From assembly GCF_006345805.1 (NCBI RefSeq), contig NC_043002.1, positions 106,516,001-106,580,000 of the forward strand: DNA of 64,000 nucleotides, read 5' to 3'. The notes beneath the pieces are model-generated. The model saw only the letters and a list, made by a program, of their open reading frames with translations, was not told where the DNA came from and did no database searches. The DNA is from Octopus sinensis. Lineage: Eukaryota. The number at the start of each line of letters is the position of its first letter. The first letter of the stretch is position 1. Position numbers and translations under genes: made by a program. Below are positions 11,838-24,929 of the stretch, piece by piece.

Positions 11838-12139
11838 ACCTGTGCCGGTGGCACGTAAAAAGTACCATCCGAACGTGGCCGATGCCAGCGCTGCCTTGAC
11901 TGGCTTCTGTGCCGGTGGCAGGTAAAAAGCACCAACTGATCGTGGCTGCTGCCAGCCTTGACTGGCACGTAAAAAGCACCCACTACACTCGTGGAGTGGT
12001 TGGTGTTAGGAAGGGCATCCAGCTGTAGAAACACTGCCAGATCAGACTGGAGCCTGGTGCAGCCTCCTGGCTTCCCAGACCCCAGTCGAACCGTCCAGCC
12101 CGTGTTAGCACGGAAAACGGACGTTAAACGATGATGATG
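11838..12139 (+). mobile_element. Short RTE-associated element, family D
   Basis: Repeated gtgccggtggcacgtaaaaagcacc units, ggttggtgttaggaagggcatccagctgtagaaa core, 3' end ggacgttaaac(gat)n. Confidence 0.8.
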
Positions 12140-12401
12140 TACAAATAATAATTTTTCTAATTTGCTTACTGCTTTCTTTTGCACATGGGTTTTTGGGTTC
12201 TGCTTTAATCAGTGTGTATTTTTGAGTATATATTGCTCACATGTCCACTCCAATATTTAAGTGGAATTCGAGTGATGTGATAATTCTGTATTAAAACATA
12301 ACAGCCCAACTTTGGGTCAAGCAACTACAACCACCACTAAGCATGAATGCAAGGGTTCAAATCTACAGAGAAACAACGACAATATATCCCTAATCCCTTA
12401 C

Positions 12402-12577
12402 CTTCTCTTTACTCCGTAGTTCATCAAACATGTGTTCTATCTCCTGACGCCAATCTTCCTGCATTGTATGGAATGAGTCTTGAGGGGTGGTCATGAAAGA
12501 CGAAGAAGCAATTTCTTCCAGTTGCTTCAAAATTTGGCAGAAAGATGGTCTTTCGTGTGGTTCTTGCCTCCAACAAT
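12402..12577 (-). CDS. MLK: MLK exon, kinase subdomain XI and first leucine zipper
   Basis: (H)CWRQEPHERPSFCQILKQLEEIASSSFMTTPQDSFHTMQEDWRQEIEHMFDELRSKEK. Acceptor ttcattgttcAG, donor GTAAGG. 176 nt. Confidence 0.96.
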
Positions 12578-12673
12578 CTGAACAATGAAAGAAGTGAGTG
12601 GATCAGTAATTAACAAGAAGGAAGAAAAGGAGCATTTCATTCCTTAGACCAAGCTATCACACACACACACACA

Positions 12674-12717
<44 letters not shown>

Positions 12718-13147
12718 GCACTGATATATCATTCATTTCATTTAATATCTACTTCTTATGCTAGTATGGCTTAGATGGGACATAGCTGCAGCAGAATGGT
12801 GGGAGGAGATGCTCTTCCTGTTGCTAACACTTGTTTTCCAAGGGAATTTGTTTTTTTCCATTTGAATTCAAAAGAGCAAAGCAAAGCAGGCAGGCAGGAG
12901 ATGTCAAATAATATCCCCAAATGCAGCCCAAACACAGATAGTGTTGTGACCCACTTGTGGCTGAAGTGCCAACAGTGATGTTACCATATGTAGCCATAGC
13001 ACAGTTTATAAAGCATTCGTGCACACCCAATCCCATGCTTTCGTTGCTTCTTTAGTTTACAGAGTATTTTCTACTTTCATTGTACAATGCACACACCACC
13101 TCTTAAGCGAGTGCTATGATGGAACCATACAGGGAGACATACATAAA

Positions 13148-13546
13148 TCTTTATATATAAAAGTAAGGTTGTGTGCTGTCTGTCTCCTACGATTTAGATT
13201 CCTAACTACTCCCACATTTTGCGGTGCAGTTTAACCAAAAGCGGGTATCTTATAGTCATGATTCATATTGAGCCCTTCTGGGTATTAGCGTGCGTCTACA
13301 ATGAGTCTACGATTTTAAAAATAATTTACCATCAATTTTTCCCATTTTTAATGCATTTTTGGCATATATAAGGGGAGTAACTCTCTAAAAATTTATTATT
13401 AAATCTCAGAACGTAAGAAGCTACAGTAACACCCCCCACCCTTTGTGGTTAGCCATATTGAGATGGCTATTATACTTTACATATCTAAAAATGCTTACAT
13501 AGTTATTTCCCTTACAAACCCGAGCAACGCCGGGTGATACTGCTAG
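13148..13546 (+). mobile_element. Non-autonomous Helitron in an MLK intron
   Basis: 5' TC(tttatatataaaa), 3' GC-rich hairpin cccg agcaacgc cggg followed by CTAG. Inserted between A and T with no TSD. Confidence 0.85.
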
Positions 13547-13637
13547 TACAACATAAAATCATGGAAATATGTGTATATACACACACACACACACACACAC
13601 ACAATGTATACAAACACACATAAATATATCTATGCTA

Positions 13638-13823
<186 letters not shown>

Positions 13824-15042
13824 TTATCAAGAACAGTAAAAGAAAGACTGTTGAGAAGTAAAGTCCACCAAGGTAAACACCGAGGTAAAGTCCACCAAGC
13901 TGTAAACAGGTACTAAAAAGAAGAGTCCACCTAGCTGTGAATAGATACAATATGGAGTGCTCATTTAACTCTAAATACCCTAAGGTAGGTGTAATGAAGA
14001 GGTGATATATTCCAGAGAGGTAAGTAACCAGTTTTAATTATCAAGAAGAAGCTTTTAGTGAGCCCTAAAATGCTTTGTAAAACATTATCTGGCAGACCAA
14101 CTGCCAGTAAGGAAACCTCCTTGAGAAATAAGTAATGCATTCCTCACTAACTTCATGAAAAAACAAAGGTCAGTGTAAGTGTAGAGCTGAACACACCTGT
14201 CTCATTAAAAGTCACTGTAAAGTGGTTATACACTCATAAGGAACTGGCATTGGGAAGGGCATCCAGCAGTAGAAGCCATGCCAAAGCTCACACTGAAGGT
14301 CAATGTAGCCCTGTGGTTTGTCAGATCCGATCCATGCTGGCAGGGAAAATGGACATGATGGTGATAACAGTCATAGCTGGAATACCCTTGATCACAGATT
14401 GCTCAACGAGGGCAATCTTATGTTAAATAACAGCTACAATATAATGCCAATGCTGGGAATGAAGTTTGAACCTAGAATGTGGTTGTTTATAGTCAGTGAC
14501 TACAACAGAACATGGGTGAAGGACATGTCTAAGAGGGGAGTGAAGAAGAGAGACCAAGCCTAAGTCGACTGAAGAGAACAGTCCCTGATTAAGTGTAGAT
14601 TCAAGAGGACAATAGTCCACAGATATCTTTGTCAATATAAACACTAATTACAACAAAACTGAGTCAGGAATGATGGCACCATGAGTGGTGGCAATGTAGC
14701 CAACTGTGGCGCTCATCAAATCTCCCAAAGACATTAATAAACTAGGATAAGAAATAATGTTATGACAACGGATTTCTTGAACCTGTGGTTGTAATGTGAG
14801 AATGAGGACATGTGTATGATGTAGTGTGGTAGGAAGGAGGTACAGTTGGGAGAGAAAATATGTTGAAAACGGTGTGGAGGACAAGTTTGTTATATGCCAT
14901 TGAAGGACATGTTATGGAGTGTAAGGGTGTAGAAGATGAACAGTACAGTGGTGGTGGTCATGCTGGGCAGGTTGACAACCCAACAAACAATGAATAAGTG
15001 GTAAAAGATTGAATTACTAAATGGTTACTGAAACAAATATCA

Positions 15043-15351
<309 letters not shown>

Positions 15352-16082
15352 TTAAAATTTCAATGCATAAAAATTTACTGTTTAAAGAGATTAAAACAAA
15401 TAATCGTATTTACAGTTTGAGAACCTCTTGTAGAGTTTTCTTTGTTCAAAGGAGAATGACAAAAAAATGAAGATGAGAATTGAAGCAACAGAGATGAGTA
15501 AAGGGACAAAACTTTTGATTTATTGATATAAATATTGTATTAAGGAGGGCAAGCTGGCAGAAACGTTAGCACACCGGGCAAAATGCTGCCACTACGTTCT
15601 GAGTTCAAATTACGCTGAGGTCGACAAATTAAGTAATCGACTGGCCCCCTCCCCAAAAATTTCAGGTCTTGTGCCTAGAGTAGAAAAGGATATAAACATT
15701 GTGTTATAGCACAAAGATCAGAACTAAAGATAACCCTTAAAACTCTCCACATTTCTGAACCAACACAGTCAGCCACCATCTTGTTACTCAATCTGTTAGA
15801 TATAACATCTTACATTTTTTTTAATTTTTAACTTGTTTCAGTCATTGGATTCTGGGGCACTGCCTTGAAGGGTTTTAGTCAAACAAATCAACCCCAGTAC
15901 TTTTTTTTTAAAGTCTGGTAATTATTCTGTCAGTCTCTTTCTGCTGAACCATTAAGCTGCAGGAGACATAAACAAACCAACACCAGCTGTCAAGTAGTAG
16001 TAGTAGTAGTAGTACTGGTGGTGAGCAACTAACACAGACACTAAGACATGGCACGGAAAGTGGACGTTAAACAATGATGATG

Positions 16083-16129
<47 letters not shown>

Positions 16130-16997
16130 ATGGGATTTCACACAATTTGCATCTACCAAATCCACTCACAAGGCATTGATCAGCCTGGGCTATAGTGGCA
16201 GAGACACTTGCCCAAGGTGCCATGCAGTGGGACTGAACCTAAAACCATGTGGTGGCAAAGCAAGCTTCTTAAGCACACAGCCATGCTTGCACCCATCGCA
16301 AACAAATCACATTCTACAATCTTAAAACAACAAATGGACACATTGAACAGTGTAGTCCTAGATGCACTGTGCTGTAAGAGTGGAAATGCAATAAGTTCAT
16401 TTGATCAGAGTTGATCTGTGGTTAAAGAACAACAATAAACTGATATTGGACAGAGAAGATACAGGGTCCTGCCTCACTTATAATCAAAAGACGTTAACAA
16501 TAATTATGTTGGTTATCATTTATGGAGGCATCTGTCTCAATCTTATGTGACAACCATTAATCGTTTCGTTGATCTTACAAGAACAGGGTTAAGGATAAAT
16601 ACCAGACTTTAAAAAAAAAAAAAACAAGCATTTGTGTTGATTCTTTCAACTAAAACACTTCAAGGTGTTGCACCAGCATGGCCACAATCTAATGGCTGAA
16701 ACAAGTAAAAGATAACGATAACCAACTAACTGAATTTTATTAAAGGAACATGGATCACAGCAGAGACTCCAAAGCTATGGAAATGCTTGTAATTACCGAC
16801 TGAAAAACTGAAGGTTACACGTTTCGAAAATCTGATTTTTACTGCTTTGACAATGTGAGGCAAGGGAGGTAACTCATTTTAACTAACTCATTTCAAACGT
16901 TTTACTCTCTCTCTCCGCCTCCTCCGCCTCCTCCGCCTCCTCCTCCTCCTCGTCCTTCAAGCAACAGCTCAATAAACCAAAACATCTCAACCTAAAT

Positions 16998-17203
16998 TAG
17001 TGTTTCTCAACCGGGGTCCATATGGCCCTTTGGGGTTCTACACTTGTACATTACACAAAATACTTTCTTCATCCAATTCCTAATAATGTCTAACGATAAA
17101 AATAGAACAGAATATTTTAAACACCAAATGACTATAGGGATCCATCTGAGTAAAACGGGGATCAAAAGGGGCCACAGGCAAAAAAAAAAAAAATGAACCA
17201 CTG
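16998..17203. mobile_element. Decayed hAT (Charlie-like) MITE
   Basis: Left end tagtgtttctcaaccggggtcc, right end gaaccactg. The 8-bp TSD is only partly conserved. Confidence 0.55.
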
Positions 17204-17431
17204 ATCTAAGCCATCCCATTCTCACTGAAGCACCGCCACCATTAACACACCCCAAACAACTCAGAGAGACAGTATAAGCACATAAGGCATGTGAACAGAG
17301 GTCTCTGGACAGTCAGCTCCTAGGTTCAATTTCAACTGAAGTAACTATTTTTCCTTCTGTTTTTCTCGATAACTTAGATCAAGGAAGAAAGGGAAAGCTT
17401 GGAATCGTTTTCAGGGTTCCTGAACTAGTGA

Positions 17432-17651
17432 GAGGGAGGAAGAATGCGTAGGAAAGTATCTTCATATCAGGGCCATTCTCAAAATGCTTGCAGCAGAGCA
17501 CGACCTCTCAAAAGGCACCCAAGGAACAGGACTGGGGTTAAAGGGAGGAAGAAAGCGCGGAAAGTATCTTCATACCAGGGCCATTTCTCAAAATGCTTGC
17601 AGCAGAGTACGACCTCTCAAAAGGCACCCAAGGAACAGGACATGGGGTTAA
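17432..17651 (+). repeat. Two-copy tandem repeat, period about 108 bp
   Basis: ggaaagtatcttcata…ggcacccaaggaacaggac starts at 17451 and 17559. Confidence 0.9.
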
Positions 17652-18094
17652 ATTAGACAACTTTTATAATCATGGCAAAGAAAGAACCACATCGATGGGG
17701 AACGCTATTTTTGTCTTCTTATAAATAAAAGAGGAGGTAATTTCCTTAATATTCTGGATGCTTGGTATTTGTTAAACAACTTCTAGAGTAGAGCAGACAC
17801 CATCACCACCATAGCCATCATCATCATCACCACCACCACCACCAGAGTGAGATGAGAAGAGGAGATAAATGTCAGTGGGGTTGTTGTTGCTGCTGTTGTT
17901 TAACCACAGGTTTATTCAACTTCGATGAGCAGACAAACTATGATTAAAACCATTCCAGCCATGACTGTCTTGCCTATTTCACAAGCTAGTGTGTGTAGGG
18001 GAGGAGCATCAAGACTAGATAATCTAATGTATCCTTTCTCTATAAAAATGGTAGAATGGTAGTTGAGGAAGATATGGCCATAATTTTTAATAGG

Positions 18095-18151
<57 letters not shown>

Positions 18152-18364
18152 CCCTCTCTCTCTTGCAAAACTGTAGAAGCAGTAGCAATCAAAACAATGA
18201 TGATGACCAGTGGTGATGACGGACAAGAGTTGCCACAGTGTCACAGGGTTAAATCAAAATATTTCATGTGGTTTGGTCACAAAGCACTGAGAATGTTTCC
18301 AAAACCAAATACCTCTCTACACATACACCTATGAGCCACTACACATACACCTTTATGAAAACAC

Positions 18365-18590
18365 GGGCATATGGCGTAATAGTTAAGAGTGTGGGCTACT
18401 AATCCCAAGATTCCGAGTTCAATTCCAGGCAGTGACCTGAATAATAATAATAATATCAAAAAATACCTTAGGAATGAGAACCCAGGTTCAAAATTACCCC
18501 AAGACACCTGATGAAGGCTGGAGGGTATATCAGTCGAAACATTGTGTTAACAAACAAGATGAGAACAACTATCCATCAAATGTAAATAAT
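18365..18590 (+). mobile_element. tRNA-headed SINE carrying a hammerhead-ribozyme 3' module, colinear copy
   Basis: Pol III A-box (TGGCGTAATAG) and B-box (GAGTTCAATTCC), an (AAT)n spacer, then a tail with GACAC-CTGATGA-A-GGCTG/CAGTC-GAAAC-ATT-GTGTT. Homologous to 46964-47290 and 58211-58475. Confidence 0.8.
18503..18548 (+). ncRNA. Minimal type-I hammerhead motif (stem III has one substitution)
   Basis: Stem I GACAC/GTGTT, core CUGAUGA at 18508-18514, extra A, stem II GGCTG/CAGTC, GAAAC, then ATT where the 58 kb copy has GTT. Confidence 0.7.
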
Positions 18591-18829
18591 GTACCTCGAT
18601 AGGCTACATACACACACAGCTTCATAAGCAATATTAAACATGTACCCCTACAACAAGTACCCCTCTATATTCCACACCACACAAACATCTGTAAGCCACA
18701 ACACACATACAATGTATTTCTACACAAATACACAAGTCACTACACACTAACACACCCCACTATACAGATATAGACACTAAAAACTAAGACTGTCAGTTAC
18801 AACCACAAGTGTTCCAGATCATCCAATCA

Positions 18830-19066
18830 ACAGCACAGCCTGCTCGTGGAATTTATGTGCAAGCGGCTGAGCACTCCACAGATAGACATACCCTTAACTT
18901 AGTTCCCAGGGAGATTCAGGGTGACACAGAGTGTGAAATGGCTGGCCCTTTGAATTACAGGCGCAACTCATTTCTGTCAGCTGAGTGGACTGGAGCAATG
19001 TCAAATAAAGTGTCTTGCTCAAGGACACATGTTGTCAGGAGTTAAACTCATGACCTTATGGTCAGG
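18830..19066 (-). mobile_element. SINE family C
   Basis: Reverse complement homologue of 60853-61082. A decayed third copy lies near 40232-40345. Confidence 0.75.
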
Positions 19067-19240
19067 AGTGAAGTACCCTAACCACAAAGCCACGAAACAC
19101 ACACCTCTATACAAATACCCATCTGCCAACCACTATACACAGACACACCTCAATGCAGAAACAACTGTAGAAGTTACACGTATACAAACCACTACATGCA
19201 TACATAAAAACATACATACATAGAGTTGTGTCTGCAGAGG

Positions 19241-19535
19241 GTCATTATGTTTTAATGCTTTATTATTAACACACTCACCAGTTCGATTTCCACTCATTTT
19301 CTCTTTTCTAAAATTTGCGCTGCTTCTTGCAACCTCTTCAATTGTTGTTGACTGTGTCCGTTATTGGAGTTGCATTCTTTTTGTTTAGAATGCAGCTCTG
19401 GTAATGGACAGTCAACAACTATCAATGAGGTTGCAAGAAGTAACGAAAATTTTAGAAAAAAACGAATAATTAAGTAAATCAGTGGAAATCAAACTGATGA
19501 GTGCCTTCATTAATAAGGCATTAAAACAGAACGAC
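19241..19535. repeat. Imperfect long inverted repeat (MITE-like)
   Basis: Arms mirrored around agttgcattct ttttgttt agaatgcagct. Confidence 0.75.
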
Positions 19536-20149
19536 TTTCCCCCGACAAAACAAAACGCGCTTCAACACACAAATTCACATAAAGAATCTTGCAAACCAAA
19601 TACAAAAACTAAGCATATATATATAAATGAGCAAGCATACACACACACACACGCACATGCATGCCAACCTACCTGCAAGCTTTCATACACTGAATTCTGC
19701 GTAGACACACCCTTACACCCATACACACACACAATTGGGTGTATTGAGCTGGGGCAGAGCAATTAAACTTATTTCATGAATAAGTAGGCCATTGACCACC
19801 ACCACCAATTTTACAGTCACCAACACTACCTAATCACACCTACACATCAACCAACCTCATCAATACACCCTTAAAAACCACCACCACCACCGCCATCACA
19901 CTGAAACACTGCCACCACCACCACCTACGCTCTTCCCTTCTGTTTCTTAGTGTGACACAGCTAAATATTGACCTACATAATATGCACAGGTACATAATTG
20001 CCAAGGACTACACTTACAGCTGAGGTACACATTTACACACACACACACCATGCAATTCATGTGCAATGAACACGCATTATATATCTATGCACCATATCAT
20101 TGTGTGTGTGTGTGTGTGTGTACGTACATACATACATACATACATACAC

Positions 20150-20741
20150 ACATGATTAGCAGCAGTCCTAAAATGTCGTCACGGTACTACGTCCCTATGC
20201 AGCACGATGTTGTTGCTAAGACAATTTACAATGCCATCCGCTAAAAGGACTGTCCTGAAATAAACTTAGAAAATCCCTCTATTATGGAATACATTCATAA
20301 ACACCAACTCAAGGAATACTGCTGGAATATTCCCATCAAAACTTCTGTCAAATGTAAGCATAACAGGCCAGATATTGTTGGTTGGGACAGAGGGGCAAAG
20401 GTATGTACCATCATAGAGGTTAGCTGCCCTGCAGATATAAATATATCTTTGAAAATCAAAGAAAAAGAGGCTTCTATATCTAGACTATGAATTCATATTC
20501 ATACCAATAATAATTGAGGCATTAGGTTTTGTTAGTAAATGCTTAAAGGAGAATCTGAATAAACTGAGATTTTCAGAAAGAGAAATCAACCGACTGATTC
20601 GTACATTACAAGTGCAATCTGTGAGTGGAACAGTAAAGATATGCAAGACTTTTCTCAAGTTCCAAATGTGAATTTGTCTGTGCTAACTACATCCCAAAGA
20701 TGGAGCCTTGTATCTTTGTTGGAAACCAGCTCCCTCCTCAG
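20150..20741 (+). mobile_element. 3' fragment of an RLE-endonuclease non-LTR retrotransposon (R4/NeSL-like), copy 1
   Basis: MQHDVVAKTIY (RHD-like), KHNRPDIV, IIEVSCP, IPIII.ALG, stop near 20671, then 3'UTR. Disrupted by indels. Confidence 0.82.
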
Positions 20742-23363
20742 TGGATCATAGTCTTACTATGATATGATGCTTGTAAATGAGTGTCACTGTTATACAAGTG
20801 GTGCTGTTTTGTTTTTCCCAATCTTCCACATGAAACATGTGTAAGGAAAATCTTACCTTCCTTGGAGATAAGTAAGAGTCAGCGACAGAAAGGTTATCGA
20901 AAATCTTCCCCCGATAATTTCCATCTCATGCATATCAGAATGGAAAAGTGAACATGAAATGATGGTGATGATGATGGCATATCAACATTAAGACTATTAT
21001 TTAATGCCTGTCTTCCATGTTGGCAATTTCTCTCTCTCTTTTTCTCACCTGTTTTACCCTAATTATTCACACCCATTTTTAGAATGGTTTTGACAAGATC
21101 CTACAAACTAAAGGAATGCATCACGCTCAAGTGACTGCTTTGGCATGGCTTTTACAGCTGGATGCCCTTCCTAATGCCAAACACTTTACAGCATGCACTG
21201 AGTGTCCTTTTTTTCCATGGTACCAGCTCCAGTGAGGTCACAGGATTAACTCCTCAGCATTCAGATTACTTTGTCTAATGAAATGCTTTTTTATTCACCT
21301 TGTTTTGAATTAATCATGCATTATCTTGTAGCTTTGAGATTTCAATGATGTGATTGTTTATTTTTAGAATGACGTGAGAGGCCAGATATGACCAGTTTAA
21401 ATACAAAAGGGTTGAAGATCTTCCTTGACCAAGTGAGAGTGTGTCAAGAGGGATGGTCTTAAGCCAGGTATGAAGGAAAGGACAGGAATAGGGTTCTTGC
21501 TATAGAGGGGGAGATACAGGGCTACCTTACATTATTATATTAGAAGGGGTGAGAGTAATTGAGGTGAAGCAGGAAAGCAAGATAAAGATGGTGGTGAGAA
21601 GGTATTAGAGTGTATCCTCAAGGTAGAGGGTGAGGACGTATGAGGAAGGGAAAGTAGCAGATTTAGAGGATGCAAGAGCATGTGGGGAGAGTGAGAGGGG
21701 GTCAGTGAAGGACTAGAGGTGGGGGATGATATAATGAGTGACAAGCAAGGAATGAGGAAAGGTTGAGGTAAAAGAGGTGGAAGAGAGACTGGGAGAGGAT
21801 AGGACACAAAGGAGGAAGAGTAGCGGAATAATGATGATGATGATGATAACTTCAAATTTTGGCACAAGGCCAGTAATTTCGGAGAAGGGAGTAAACTGAT
21901 TCAACAGGTATTTATTTTATTGACCCCTAAAAGGATGAAGGGTGAAGTTAACTTTGAACCCAGAACATGAAAACGAACAAAATGCCGACAAGCATTTAAC
22001 CTAGCATGCTAACAATTCTGCAAGCTTACCACCCTTTATTATAATAATGATAAAAATAATAATCCTTTCTACTAAAAGCACAAGGCCTGATATTTTGCAG
22101 GAGGGGACTAATCAATTACATCGACCCCAGTGCGTAACTGGTACTTAATTTAACAATCTTGAGAGGATGAAAGGGAAATTTGAACTCAGAACACAAAGAC
22201 AGTCAAAATACTGCCAAGCATTTCAACCAGCATGCTAACAATTCTGCCAGGTCTCCACCTTAATAATAATAATAATAATAATGTACATGGATGAAGGGTG
22301 AAAGAAAAGGTGAGAAGTACATCTCACCTTTTCTTTCACCCCTCATAGTAGGTAAGAAGGGTGCAAGAATGAGTGGCAGGAATGAGTGTTGTACAGTGAT
22401 AGGTGAGAGGTACATAAGTGTGAGTTAACAGGAAGTGGTTCACAGGAAAGGGAGGGGTAACTGGGAACACAGAGAAGGGTGATCAATGGAAAATGTGAAT
22501 GGAGAGGGACAATATTAAGACTGAAGGATGGCTGTCAAATGAAGTGATACCAGAGAGAGATATCTGGAAGCACAGGAAATAATGATGAAATATGTAATTC
22601 TGCTCTCATTTGATAACAACAATAGTTAGAAGAGCAATGGCTGGGCGAGTGATAGAGAGATAATGGGCTGGAGAAGGACAAATTTGGTGAGGGGCCCAGG
22701 TGTGTGGCATTAATGCTTTTAGTGTTTCATTTCCACCATGATAAATGGGTTTTCTTGAGCACTGCATATAATACCAACAAATATACATGTAAAAAAATTT
22801 TTTTTTTAAATGCATGGATAAGTGCAGGCAATATTTTTCAATGGCTGCAACCTCGTTATTTATCCACCATTGTTCGTATTTTCCGCCATTAAATTGATAA
22901 AAGAAATAAAGTATTTAATTCAGTTGATGACTCATGGTAGTCAGGAACAGCCAAGGGCTAAACTCAGAGTAGACTGTCAACTTGTGATATAATAGGTAAA
23001 TCTGTCCACTCTACCCAACATATTGAGTTCTATATTAGATAAAGTTGCATCACACAGAATATATTTTTTACTACTATACACATACACACACAAACACATA
23101 TACATACACTCAATACATATGCATTTATACAAACACACATGTGAGCGTATACACATACACATGTCCATAAATATGACATCCATACATAATTTTACATACA
23201 CACACAAACGCATACAGAAGACCTTGAAGGTGAACAACAACAACATGAGAAAGAGGTTAATCCTTTTATTACAGCAGCATCTAGTGTTGGCCGGGAGGGG
23301 AAGGGGCTGGCATAGAGATGCAAGGGTGGGAGAGAATGTACAGACGGATAAGACAGAGGGGTG

Positions 23364-23473
<110 letters not shown>

Positions 23474-23898
23474 CTAGATTGAGTGAGAGACAGGAAGAAA
23501 GAGAGAGGGTTAAGAAAGTGTGCATGTGTGTGTAACACAACATCCATTATATTAACAACCATGTTTCTCACACTCAAGCCAGATACATCTACAACATCTC
23601 AGGAGACTATAGTGAAACATCCTGAATGACAGTGTACCTCCTACTCAGTCCAGAGATATCTACAATGACACAGAACACAACTGTAACACTGTCTTAACAA
23701 CACTTTTTCTTAATTTGATGGCCGACACAGCCACAACACACCACACCACAGAACAATACAACACCGGCCTAACAACACCATCTCTCTTTCAATCTATGTG
23801 ATTCTAGGTCTGATTCAAATGTGCAACACTTTGGCCAATTCTCTTCCATGATATTTTCTGCTCAACCCAAGTCTTGTGAGTGGTATTTAGTAGGTCAA

Positions 23899-24131
23899 AA
23901 GGCGGCGAGCTGGCAGAAACGTTAGCACGCCGGATGAAATGCTTAGCGATATTTCGTCTGTCGTTACGTTGTGAGTTCAAATTCCGCCGAGGTTGACTTT
24001 GCCTTTCATCCTTTCGGGATCGATAAATTAAGTACCAGTTCCGCACTGGAGTCGATGTAATCGACTTAATACCTATGTCTGTCCTTGTTTGTCCCCTCTA
24101 TGTTTAGCCCCTTGTGGGTAATAAAAAAATA
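23899..24131 (+). mobile_element. SINE family A, full length
   Basis: Same consensus, 17-bp TSD ggtatttagtaggtcaa. Confidence 0.9.
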
Positions 24132-24813
24132 GGTATTTAGTAGGTCAAGACTATAGCTGACTTAATAGACAGAATAGCAATGAACCAACAAACGGTCACC
24201 AGTTCATGTTCTGTCCATGTCACAGCACTGTGTCGGGGCTTGTTGTGACAGCTAATTCTCAAAACGGTTCAAGCCCGCCTCATTATAAATAGATTTAAGC
24301 TCAATTACTCCAGCAGTAAAACATTGGAAAGCAGTGGGAGGCAATATGGTAAATCACCTGTGATGGCCCCAAAAAGTCTTGAGGGCACAAGTTCTACAAT
24401 GGGGCAGCAGAAATTAGGTGTGTGTTTGTGTGTGTGTGTACCAGGGTCAATTTAATTGAATAAACCCTTCAAAATTCCTGGCCTTGTGCCTAATTTAGAA
24501 ACAATTATTATAATTGTTGTTGTTGTTGTTGTTGTTGTAATAACCAACAGAGAATACGAATAATAGCTCCTGGCAAGCTACATGTGCAGTCCAGGTTCTA
24601 TTCTCAGTCATAGTTATTCAAAAGACTACACAGAGACATTTTATTTATATGAAGGGTTATTGACCAGCCACAGAAAATTTGCCTCGACAAATTCTATCCT
24701 ATCTATGCAATCATGGGAAAGTGGATGCTACAACATTTATCTATCTACCTATCTATCTACCTACCTATAAGGTGGAAAAAAGAGTACTCAAATACCAGTG
24801 GTAGAGTAATATG

Positions 24814-24929
24814 CTTTATTTAAAGCAGCAGAAAATTCAACAAAACCTGTTACTCTGAGTTTCCCGTTGCCGACAACGGGAAACTCAGAGTAACAGGTTT
24901 TGTTGAATTTTCTGCTGCTTTAAATAAAG
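24814..24929. repeat. Perfect palindrome with 56-bp arms and a 4-nt loop
   Basis: ctttatttaaagcagcag…cccgttg ccga caacggg…ctgctgctttaaataaag. Confidence 0.95.

Noticed and set aside
14125-14145. Minus-strand GMHYL resembling kinase subdomain VIa
   Set aside because: Flanked by in-frame stops, no splice sites, and lies downstream of where that motif belongs.
18365-18440. tRNA genes at SINE heads (also 33333, 48310, 60853)
   Set aside because: No acceptor-stem closure, and each continues into a SINE body.
19494-19526. CTGATGA-GTGCCTT/AAGGCAT hairpin resembling a hammerhead
   Set aside because: Followed by TAAAAC rather than GAAAC, and the mirrored arm has the same TAAAAC, so it is not a decayed GAAA. 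No stem I or III.
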